Assembly (NCBI GenBank): GCA_964358055.1
Contig: CAYHNT010000003.1
Coordinates: 1-52,729 of the forward strand
DNA: 52,729 bases
Direction: 5' to 3'
Origin: an uncultured archaeon
GTDB taxonomy: Archaea > Iainarchaeota > Iainarchaeia > Iainarchaeales > VGJJ01
The notes beneath the pieces were generated by a model, which saw nothing but the letters and a program-made list of their open reading frames with translations, ran no database searches and was not told the origin of the DNA. Positions 8,723-17,106 of the stretch are shown in pieces (within the stretch, counting starts at the first letter, position 1; the number at the start of each line of letters is the position of its first letter). The position numbers were made by a program, and so were the translations under genes.

Positions 8723-11700
8723 TTATGTTTTCCCACAATCATCGAGCCAGCTTGCAGGGGTTACAGTCGCAGAGGGCGAGACGATGTCCAACACTATTTT
8801 GTGGCTCTTCCCGGTCCCCTGTATCGTGCTTACACTAAATTGATAGGTTTGTCCTTTCTCGAAAATCAATTCTTCGGTCTGGGCATCCAACACGTTGCTG
8901 CTTCCAGCATCTAACACAATTTTGTTCTCCACTTCTGTTTTAAACTCATCTCGATACATCGCGTATCCTGCTACGTTGCCTAATCCACCGCACACTAAGT
9001 TTCGTGCGAGTCCTTTCAGTTGGGGTGCTTTTTTGGCTGTAAGGTTTTTTCCTTTCTGGAATAGTGTAGGGTTTGTTTTTTTTGCAATGGTATCTGCTGC
9101 TTTCACGGCTTTGTTAAGTTCAGCGGTGGCGCTATCAAATGCTGTTAGGTTAAGCGGTGCGATTGCTTTTGGGTTGATTGAGGTTGAAATATGTGAGATG
9201 AGGTTTTGTTCGGCATTGTCCAAATTGATAATGGTTGTTTCAATATTCTTGATTACGGGTGCAAATTCAGTGGAGGATAATGCTTTGTATTTGGTTGCTA
9301 ATGCTTCTGCGCCTCTCTTTGCTTTCTGCATTTCAACCGCAAGTGCATCGAGTTCCGCTTGCGTAAAGGGCTTCATCAAATCCACGTTGGGTGTTTTTGA
9401 TTTAATGGTAGAAAAGAATTGACCGGTCTCTGTGAGGGTTCCTTGGTTTGCCACTGCGTGGTTTCCTATTTTTACTTTGTAACGAATTTTGTAGTCGCTT
9501 CCCACCACGTCGATTCGCGTAATAGTGGTGTGAACATCGCTCAGTGCGACTCCTCCTCCCACAAATCGCTGACTTACTTCATTTTGAACTAGTTTCAAAT
9601 CGCTTGGAGAAAGTCCCATATTCAAAATTCCTTCCACACGCGCATTATATGTTTGCAATGCCTGCTTGGCCGCCTCTACACTCGTGAGTTCTTGTGCTGC
9701 AAATGATACATCCAATGCAGTAGGTAGTGCGGGCACATCGTTGGGTTTTGTGGATCGATACACTTTAACTCCTTTCACCACCGAGGCGGTGCTTCCCGCG
9801 ATTAGTGCGGATGCTGCCTCAGGATTCTCTCCGCTTCCCGGAACTACCGTGGACAACGCGTCGCGATAAGTTCCATAGGTAGGTTCAATCACAATGTCGC
9901 GGACTCCTTCCACAACGGGCACTCCATCGAACCCTTCTTTGTGGTTTTCATACAAGCCGACTCCGGTCCCCACACCACAACTGAGTAAGCATTCGGTTGC
10001 ACCTGCGGCCCATCCTGCTCCTGCTGTTACTGCACCTGCGGCTAAGCTGCATATTCCACATGCGGCTGCACAGGTAGCTCCAAATTCAAACATGGCCTTG
10101 TCTTTCTTTTCACCAAATTTCTCTTGATACACGGGGTTGTCGCTCGCGAAGATATTTTGTTCTTGATACGATACGTAGGATTCTCCAAGCTTGTTTCCAT
10201 TCACTGCCTCTTCAATAGTTTGCACGAGTGTTTTACGATCCACATCTTCATCCCAATCCACGGTGGCGTACCAGGTTCCGTTTCCTTTGTTGTAGGCTTT
10301 TGCAATCGCATCATCCGCGTCAAACGTGCACGTACGGAGTTCCAATTTCAAAGGCCCTGCTTTTGTGTCGTCTAAAGTACGCGTGGTGGATGTTTGTACG
10401 GTTTGCTTGTGTACTAATTGTTGCGTGCGCGGGTCGGCGGTGCCGCACAATAATACTTCTTTCTCATACACTTGTGTTTTCGTGTTAAACGTCAAAGGAT
10501 ACTCTGCGTTGTAGGTTATTTTCGCTCCGGCTTTTGCGCTGGTGGGATTTACTTCATACAAATCCAATTGGTTCAATCCATCCAATGCATTTGCTCCGTT
10601 TGGATCAAGTGTGTAAGTAGCTTCGCTTTGAATATCGGATTTAGTGGTGAGCATACAACACGTTTGAATGGAACGCACCACGAGTCCGCCTTCGGGTGAA
10701 TTATCGAGTGGGCATCCCTCATAGGTGTATTGTCCTACGTTTGCAATGGAATAGATTCTCCACGTCTGCTCATCTTCAGTGATACACCCGTTGACGTTTT
10801 TTCCAAGCGAGGTAATTATTTTTCCTGCTTCAATCATGGCTTCATTTTGGACTCTTCCTTGGGTTTGTCGTACAACCGTTACAATGTTCTTGGTCCCGTC
10901 TCCTTTGGTAGCGGGATCAAGAGTAAGTTCCACGATGCTTTGGGACAAGTTTCCTATTTTCAAGTGCATGCGATTGGTTCCCGAGTTTTGTGTGGCGCGC
11001 TCTTTTGAACCAAATACGGTCTCCGCTAACACCTGTGCGGGATCCTCCAATCCTGCGTCGTATTCGACAACCCCGAAGAGTGTTTGGTGACTATTTCCTA
11101 CGCTCAAGGAGCGATCTTTGGGTAAAAAGTTGGCGGCGTTGTATATTTTGTCCTGACATTCTGCGGTCTTTTCTCTATCTTGGACGAGTTTTATTCCGAT
11201 GGTGATTTTGTCTGCCTGCAATTGGTTCGTCACCACTTCGACTCCCCCAATAATGGCCACGCGGTATACCCCGCATCCCCTTATTTCGGGTAAAAATACG
11301 GCGTTACCAAATCCCGTACCTAAGCGTGAAGCAAACACATTATCGGCGCTTTCCCCTTTCAATTGGGGCTCCAAGCTTGTCGCGAGGCTTCCTAATCGGG
11401 GATAAGGACCGGATTTCATCACGTATTCCATGAGATTAGGGGTCAATGAATCGTGTTGTAAATACAAGTCAACGCTGGGGCTGCTGACTCCTAATTGGGA
11501 GAACGTACAATAACGGTTGCTAATATCACAGCTTGTGAATTGGGTGGCGTCGTTTTTCTTGGATTGGGTTTGTTGCAATACTTTGACCATTTGTTTTTCG
11601 ATGATTTCAGATAAGTAATGGGCGGCTTGCTCGGCATCACAATAGGCCTGTCCACATTCATTCTTTTTTGCTTGCACGGGATAACGTACGTTCAATGTTC

Positions 11701-14700
11701 CGCCCTCACACACGGGCACTTGTACGGGATTAGATGCTTGAGAGAACTCCAATTCTTGTTCTCCTAATGCCACATGCACGGGGAGTGTGTTGGATTGGAT
11801 TGTTTTTTGTGAAAGGACCATGATTCCTTTTACTGAAATAGAGAGTTGTGCCTTGTGGGCATTGGCCTTGGTGAGTATTAAGTTGTATTCCACTTCCTCG
11901 TCCTTCTCAATAATATCATTCCCATTCGTGGGGGATAAATCGAATGTGTTCGCCCCAATGCTTTCAGGCTCCACTCCCGTGACGCGTACGGGCTCCAAGC
12001 ATTTGTTTGAAAGTGTCACGTTTTTGGATAGGCTTCCAATGGTTTCGCTTGAAATAAAACTAATTGGGGTGTCGAATGCGGATATTTCTAAACACGAACT
12101 GCTTCCGGTGCGTGCAAATACCTCAATTTCTTTCAAATTCATTCGTCTTCCTTCTACGATTCCTGAAATAATGATGCGTTTCGTTACCACGCTCGATTCG
12201 TCGCGCAAGCTTTCCCCCACAATGGAGAGGGGAGGATAGAGTGTTTGTCCGGGGAGCAATATGCTTTGGTTCCCTGTGTTTTTGTTGGGTGGATTTTCAA
12301 GTTTCAAACTCACATCGTTCACGGCCTCCCCTTCAAGTGTGGCGGTGAGCGAGTAAATGGGTCCTGCTCCAATGTTGGTGATGGGAATGAGTGCCTTGTC
12401 GGTGGCACTTTTGGCATTCGCTTTGATGAGCGTAAGTTCAATACTAGAGGGTGTTTGGATGGCGCGCGATCGATCCCAAAAAGTCACTTCGAATGGAAGC
12501 GTAGCCACTAGTTGAGCGGAGGAGAAAGTAGCAAAATAATTAATTCCAGTGGGAGAAAACCCTGCGTGGAATAATTGATTGGATACTTCGAAGTCCACTT
12601 GTTTTTCTTGTCCCTGTGCAAGCTTGAATGAGGAGTCAATCGCGGCGATTCTGAATCCATCTACTACCGGTTGTCCGTCTTGGGAGGTAATTCCCGGAAT
12701 GAGTGTGAGTTCGGATCCACAATTATTGGTGGCCTTTACACTTACGCGTTTGGTTTCGGGATACTGATATGTTCCGCTTGAGTTGTATCCTATTCCATTG
12801 TATCCTTGACTATTGTACACATCGGATGCGGCTCCCTGTGAGAATCCATAATAGGGCACGTTCGAGTTGAGCGTGGAGGTGGTTCCCCCATAGAGGTTAC
12901 CATAGGGCTGATTTTCCCCCATCACCACGACACTTAGTTTGTCTTTGTTGAATTGTAAACAACTTGAATCGAGTTTCTTATTGTACACCACCGCAACGCT
13001 GGTTTGTCCATGGATGGGAAATGATAATGCTGCATTTCCACTCAATTTCAATTGTGCACTCCCCGTGAGTGTGGCGGTGCTTTCCGTTTCTCCTGAATAT
13101 GTTGCGGTTATGGGTAGTGTTGCTTTTCCATTGGGTGCAATGATGGGAATGGTTCCAATTTCAAGGGTGAATTCATTTGGGAAACCCTCGAATGTGATGA
13201 GTTCTCCCGTGACATTTGTTAGAGAATGTTTCGTCGTGTTCGTCACGCTCACGTTTTGCGTGACTTTGGTTTGTCCAAATGGAATGCTAAGTTCCACTTT
13301 GTCGACTTTCAAGGGCTCCTTGATTCCAATCGCAATGCCTTCCTCCGCATCCGCGTAACCGGGGAGCTTTACTTTGAGTTGGTACAGCCCTGCGTCCAGG
13401 CTTTTGTCAAGGATGTATTTTCCATTCTCGCCCTTGTTCAACGTATTGGTTCCTTTCATGCTGGCGGCGAGTTTTCCTTCGGCGTCCGTGAGGGAAATGA
13501 GTGCGTTTCCTACCGTATTTCCTTCGTCATCCGTGATGAATAGTTCTATTTTTTCTCCTGTCTCAACGAAATCGGCCACCACTACATTCAGGTGTTTGGG
13601 TTGTACAATTTCAAGTGAGAGTGTTTGGTTCCATGCTTCGTTGTTGGAAATAATTTGCAATTGAATGGTGGTTTGTCCTTCTTCTTCCGGCAAAAAGTGA
13701 ATGCGCGCATCGGTCCCGGTGGCGGTGCTTGTCCCTGAGAGTGTGACGGAAATACTCGTGTCTTTGTTTCCATTGTCTTCGAGTTTTCCAAATGTCCCGG
13801 TTTCTGTTTTGGTGAAAACGAGTAATGGGTTTTCATTGGAAGTGGTGGCCTTCACGATGGCCGAACTGGAGGAGGACGTTCCCCCTGTCACTGTGGTGAG
13901 CGGGACCAATCCTTCCCCTGCGGCGGCTTGTCCCGCGACTAAGGGTTTTGCTGTTTGCACGTTCACTTGCAAGGCGTATTTTTTTCCTAACAATGCTTGC
14001 ATGTTTCCAATGGGATACAATCGATTGTCTTCATCCACAAAATGAATCGTCGTGCAAATGCTTCCTTGGCAAAAAGGCAGTGCTTCGTATAACGTGATGC
14101 TGCTGTTTTTGCTTTGCGCATACAATCCTGATTTGGTCGACACATACGAGGCGCTTCCCAGTTCGCTGTCTGTAGGAGTGCGTATGAGTGTGTTTCCATT
14201 TTGAGTGAAGGCACGATAATTTAGTTCGATTGTTCCCGCAGGCGTACCCTCGCGTGCTTTGAGTCGCACGTCAAACGTTTGCGTTCCGGTGGGATTGTTT
14301 ACTACTATTTCCACCCACTTCGAAAAGGATCCTGCCTTTCCTAATGTTGCACGGTCTTTGGTTTCTTTTCCGGGCTTGGGTAATGGGTTCCATGTTCTTC
14401 CATAATTAATCGTATCTGCGTCCCCATTCAGCCCGAATATTCCTACGAATTGAGAGTCAATCGATGTCACGTTGTCCGTTCCCACGCGTACGAACACTCC
14501 CCCTTTCTGCATGTTGGCCGGCCACTTCACAGTGAAGCGTGCAAACCCATCTTCTTGGGGTGAAATACCTGGGATGGGATTTCCATTTGCGCTGAACAAT
14601 CCCTCATAGGTTATTTCGGGCGTGTTGGAGGGAAGGGCGTCCGTGTCTAAAGTAATCGTGTGCTCTTTGTTTGTTCCCACATTGATTGTTTTTTTGTAAA

Positions 14701-16441
14701 TTTTGCCCGTGTTATCGGTGGCGGTGATGGTAACGGTTTCTCCTTTGGGAATGCGTGCAGTGATTTTTCCATTCGTGGTGTTTCCGCTAAACAAGGAGGT
14801 TCCATTGGCGGTGTGGATGGTGATGTTTCCCGTGAAGGGTTGTCCTTGCGTGCTTAACAAAGTAAATTCCACCTCATCAAAATCCGCGTCGAGTGTCAAT
14901 ACCACTTTGTTGAGTCCGCTTACAATAGTAATTTCTTCTTCCGCGGAAACATTTTCTTTTTCCGCGTGCACCAATAATTTTGTTCCTACGGGCAATCGTA
15001 CGGTGAAGCTTCCCACACTATCTACGCCTCTCGGGGCAATGAGGGGGACAAATTCTTCCCCTACTAAATCATACACTTGTAAAGTAGCTTGCGTGGCGGC
15101 CTTTCCGTCTTTCTCGCTTACAAAAACGGCGAGTGTTCCTGAGTTACCGCTCGTAAATGGGACTAATCCCACATTCATTGTTTTCCCGAGTTCCCCTGCC
15201 GCTAGTTGGACCCACTCCACACTCATGCGTTTGGGATAAAAGTTTGGAGAATAAGCGAGCAAATGATACTCATTCGTTTCATTCAATCCAGCGAATTCGG
15301 ATTCTCCTGAAAAATTACTGGTCTGTGAATCCATTTTGTCAAACAGTTCATCCAACAGTGACAACTCTACTCCTTGTAGGGGTTGTTTGGATTGTTCATT
15401 TTGTGTGATCACAAACAAGGAGGTTCCGCCGAAGCTTAGGGGAGTTAAAATGGTTTCTTCGTTGTTGCGGAGTGTTTTTCCTCCGGGGAATTCCGTGTTA
15501 CTGGTGTACGACGTGTATCCTTCTTTGGATACGCTGACACGCACAACGAGTCCTTTGGTTAGGTTTTCAGTGTGTGTTCCCGAGGACGCATCTACATCCG
15601 TGATGGTTTCTCCGCTTTGTGCATTTTCTATTTTGATGTGGACGTTTTCAAGTGGGAGTTGGGTGGTCTTGTCGATGGCCTTGATGAATAACACACTGGG
15701 CCCTTCGCTTGCGCTCGCCTTGGGTGTCATTTCTTTTAGTTTGATTTCGTCTCCCGTGAATAGGATGAAATCAATCAGGTCCTCGTAATTATCCGCACGT
15801 GCAACTAAAGACAGTTCTTGATGGAGGGGCACGCTCAATAGAATAATTCCTTCTTCATTCGCGGACGCAATCACTGGACTCTCGGATCCCGTCCATGTGA
15901 CGCTTACAACGGCGTCCGAAATAATGGTTTGTGTTTCCGCATCAACGAGTTTGAGTTTTCCCACAATGGCATCGTTGCTTCCTTGAAACGATAGTCGTAA
16001 ATTTTCTTCCCCGACAAACAGTGTTCCTTCTTGTGAACCGAATCCTTGTTTGGTTGCTTGGATGGTCAGTTCTTCTTGGGGCGGAAGACTTGATAGTGTA
16101 ATGGACTGTCCATCCGACGCGGTGAGTTCGTCTAATAAGTTTCCTTTCGAATCAAATATTTGAATGGACACATCCTCGAGGGGTTGTCCTTTGTTGTCTT
16201 TCAATGATAACGTGAAGCTTGCATCCTGGGGGGCGTTGGCCATGGAGACGAATGCCATGGATCCAATGAGAATAACCAATAGTGCGGCGGTGAAGGGAAG
16301 TGCGGGTATTCCTTTTTGTTCTAAAAAATCGTTATAGCTCCAGGGGAGGCCGATTCCTTTCTCTTCAAAAAAGTCCAGTACGCCATAATACGCGTCCTCT
16401 ACTTTCACGTATACGTTCCCCAACGACTCGGTGATCCCCAT
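8723..16441 (-). CDS. Giant (2572 aa) N-terminally membrane-anchored surface protein with beta-sandwich repeats, a Gly/Ala/Cys-rich hydrophobic segment and an alpha-helical C-terminal region
   Basis: Uninterrupted 7.7-kb ORF. The head is MGITESLGNVYVKVEDAYYGVLDFFEEKGIGLPW...QKGIPALPFTAALLVILIGSMAFV (TM). About 7 carboxypeptidase-regulatory/Big-like modules follow (FTLSLKDNKGQPLEDVSIQIFDSKGN...). Then comes a long beta-rich region and a Y/G/N/Q/S-rich insert. The motif CGQAYCDAEQ and the hydrophobic ATCAAACGICSLAAGAVTAGAGWAAGATECLLSCGVGTGVGL come next. The last ~430 aa are rich in predicted helix (KAVKAADTIAKK...). Confidence 0.9.
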   Translation of the reverse strand: MGITESLGNVYVKVEDAYYGVLDFFEEKGIGLPWSYNDFLEQKGIPALPFTAALLVILIGSMAFVSMANAPQDASFTLSLKDNKGQPLEDVSIQIFDSKGNLLDELTASDGQSITLSSLPPQEELTIQATKQGFGSQEGTLFVGEENLRLSFQGSNDAIVGKLKLVDAETQTIISDAVVSVTWTGSESPVIASANEEGIILLSVPLHQELSLVARADNYEDLIDFILFTGDEIKLKEMTPKASASEGPSVLFIKAIDKTTQLPLENVHIKIENAQSGETITDVDASSGTHTENLTKGLVVRVSVSKEGYTSYTSNTEFPGGKTLRNNEETILTPLSFGGTSLFVITQNEQSKQPLQGVELSLLDELFDKMDSQTSNFSGESEFAGLNETNEYHLLAYSPNFYPKRMSVEWVQLAAGELGKTMNVGLVPFTSGNSGTLAVFVSEKDGKAATQATLQVYDLVGEEFVPLIAPRGVDSVGSFTVRLPVGTKLLVHAEKENVSAEEEITIVSGLNKVVLTLDADFDEVEFTLLSTQGQPFTGNITIHTANGTSLFSGNTTNGKITARIPKGETVTITATDNTGKIYKKTINVGTNKEHTITLDTDALPSNTPEITYEGLFSANGNPIPGISPQEDGFARFTVKWPANMQKGGVFVRVGTDNVTSIDSQFVGIFGLNGDADTINYGRTWNPLPKPGKETKDRATLGKAGSFSKWVEIVVNNPTGTQTFDVRLKAREGTPAGTIELNYRAFTQNGNTLIRTPTDSELGSASYVSTKSGLYAQSKNSSITLYEALPFCQGSICTTIHFVDEDNRLYPIGNMQALLGKKYALQVNVQTAKPLVAGQAAAGEGLVPLTTVTGGTSSSSSAIVKATTSNENPLLVFTKTETGTFGKLEDNGNKDTSISVTLSGTSTATGTDARIHFLPEEEGQTTIQLQIISNNEAWNQTLSLEIVQPKHLNVVVADFVETGEKIELFITDDEGNTVGNALISLTDAEGKLAASMKGTNTLNKGENGKYILDKSLDAGLYQLKVKLPGYADAEEGIAIGIKEPLKVDKVELSIPFGQTKVTQNVSVTNTTKHSLTNVTGELITFEGFPNEFTLEIGTIPIIAPNGKATLPITATYSGETESTATLTGSAQLKLSGNAALSFPIHGQTSVAVVYNKKLDSSCLQFNKDKLSVVVMGENQPYGNLYGGTTSTLNSNVPYYGFSQGAASDVYNSQGYNGIGYNSSGTYQYPETKRVSVKATNNCGSELTLIPGITSQDGQPVVDGFRIAAIDSSFKLAQGQEKQVDFEVSNQLFHAGFSPTGINYFATFSSAQLVATLPFEVTFWDRSRAIQTPSSIELTLIKANAKSATDKALIPITNIGAGPIYSLTATLEGEAVNDVSLKLENPPNKNTGNQSILLPGQTLYPPLSIVGESLRDESSVVTKRIIISGIVEGRRMNLKEIEVFARTGSSSCLEISAFDTPISFISSETIGSLSKNVTLSNKCLEPVRVTGVEPESIGANTFDLSPTNGNDIIEKDEEVEYNLILTKANAHKAQLSISVKGIMVLSQKTIQSNTLPVHVALGEQELEFSQASNPVQVPVCEGGTLNVRYPVQAKKNECGQAYCDAEQAAHYLSEIIEKQMVKVLQQTQSKKNDATQFTSCDISNRYCTFSQLGVSSPSVDLYLQHDSLTPNLMEYVMKSGPYPRLGSLATSLEPQLKGESADNVFASRLGTGFGNAVFLPEIRGCGVYRVAIIGGVEVVTNQLQADKITIGIKLVQDREKTAECQDKIYNAANFLPKDRSLSVGNSHQTLFGVVEYDAGLEDPAQVLAETVFGSKERATQNSGTNRMHLKIGNLSQSIVELTLDPATKGDGTKNIVTVVRQTQGRVQNEAMIEAGKIITSLGKNVNGCITEDEQTWRIYSIANVGQYTYEGCPLDNSPEGGLVVRSIQTCCMLTTKSDIQSEATYTLDPNGANALDGLNQLDLYEVNPTSAKAGAKITYNAEYPLTFNTKTQVYEKEVLLCGTADPRTQQLVHKQTVQTSTTRTLDDTKAGPLKLELRTCTFDADDAIAKAYNKGNGTWYATVDWDEDVDRKTLVQTIEEAVNGNKLGESYVSYQEQNIFASDNPVYQEKFGEKKDKAMFEFGATCAAACGICSLAAGAVTAGAGWAAGATECLLSCGVGTGVGLYENHKEGFDGVPVVEGVRDIVIEPTYGTYRDALSTVVPGSGENPEAASALIAGSTASVVKGVKVYRSTKPNDVPALPTALDVSFAAQELTSVEAAKQALQTYNARVEGILNMGLSPSDLKLVQNEVSQRFVGGGVALSDVHTTITRIDVVGSDYKIRYKVKIGNHAVANQGTLTETGQFFSTIKSKTPNVDLMKPFTQAELDALAVEMQKAKRGAEALATKYKALSSTEFAPVIKNIETTIINLDNAEQNLISHISTSINPKAIAPLNLTAFDSATAELNKAVKAADTIAKKTNPTLFQKGKNLTAKKAPQLKGLARNLVCGGLGNVAGYAMYRDEFKTEVENKIVLDAGSSNVLDAQTEELIFEKGQTYQFSVSTIQGTGKSHKIVLDIVSPSATVTPASWLDDCGKT

Positions 16442-16461
16442 AGAGTATCGAAACCTCGGGA

Positions 16462-16471
16462 ATTTATAAAT
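16462..16471 (-). promoter_or_regulatory. TATA-like box 21-30 nt upstream of the 2572-aa gene ATG (leaderless-type spacing)
   Basis: The palindromic ATTTATAAAT is the only A/T box in the 66-nt gap between 16441 and 16508. No Shine-Dalgarno-like GGAGG lies between it and the ATG. Confidence 0.35.
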
Positions 16472-16507
16472 GGCCGGGTAAATTCAAAGAGGATTCTCTC
16501 GCCCCGC

Positions 16508-17050
16508 CTAAATGAGTCCTTCTCGTATCAGTTTTTGGTGAACATAAGTCCAATTAACCCATGCCCAATAGAGAAAGGCAAACCCTGCGATGAGAATAAT
16601 ACGAAACAGGATATCATGCGTGAATTCGGCAAACGAATAGGGCGTGTGGACCAGTTGTTGGATGGAAATAATCATGCGTAAAATGTTGAATGCGTACAAT
16701 AATCCCACTCCCACTGCGGCTCCTATTATTTTTTTCTTCCACCCTTCGTTGGGGGTAATTAGAATGACGCTCGCGAGGAGTACCATTTCCAATAATCCCG
16801 AACACAGTGCACTAATTTCAATTAGTTTTCCCTGCGCCCAGAATTGAGTAGAGTTCTCGCTTGTGGTGAATGTTCCCAGCATATTCAACACATTTTGCAC
16901 GTCTACTGTTTCCATTTGTTGCAGTGCGTGCTCCGCTCCGATTCCTTGTAACACGAGAAAAAGTATTCCAGCCAGTACGCCCCATTGTCCTAGGAAGAGA
17001 ATTCCTTCTCTCAAAAGGGCCTTGTTTTGCACGTTGCGCGTGTGAAGCAT
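16508..17050 (-). CDS. Minimal exosortase/archaeosortase-family protein (about 180 aa)
   Basis: Polytopic membrane protein carrying the three family hallmarks in the expected order. Cys is in EISALCSGLLEM, Arg is in YAFNILRMI, and His is in EFTHDILFRI. I trimmed the start to ATG 17050, which is preceded by AGGGAG 9 nt upstream; the track's GTG start is at 17065. Confidence 0.65.
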   Translation of the reverse strand: MLHTRNVQNKALLREGILFLGQWGVLAGILFLVLQGIGAEHALQQMETVDVQNVLNMLGTFTTSENSTQFWAQGKLIEISALCSGLLEMVLLASVILITPNEGWKKKIIGAAVGVGLLYAFNILRMIISIQQLVHTPYSFAEFTHDILFRIILIAGFAFLYWAWVNWTYVHQKLIREGLI

Positions 17051-17106
17051 TATAAACTCCCTCACGTTGGCCTACTTAACTCTGTGTGAGAGGAAAAAAA
17101 AACCTT

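Noticed and set aside
8895-15788. Long plus-strand ORFs inside the giant genes (for example 8895..9422, 12939..13358, 14703..15239, 15336..15788, and similarly 2328..3596 and 5088..5516)
   Set aside because: They lie antisense to uninterrupted multi-kb minus-strand ORFs. Their low-complexity Ser/Pro/Thr/Val-rich translations are typical of shadow frames. They have no start context or family resemblance.
1-16441. Diversity-generating retroelement targeting the giant surface proteins
   Set aside because: DGRs are known in some small-genome archaea, so I looked for a reverse transcriptase ORF (YxDD motif) and a template/variable repeat pair near the gene 3' ends. I saw neither in this window. 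A computational self-alignment would be needed to exclude a diverged TR/VR pair.
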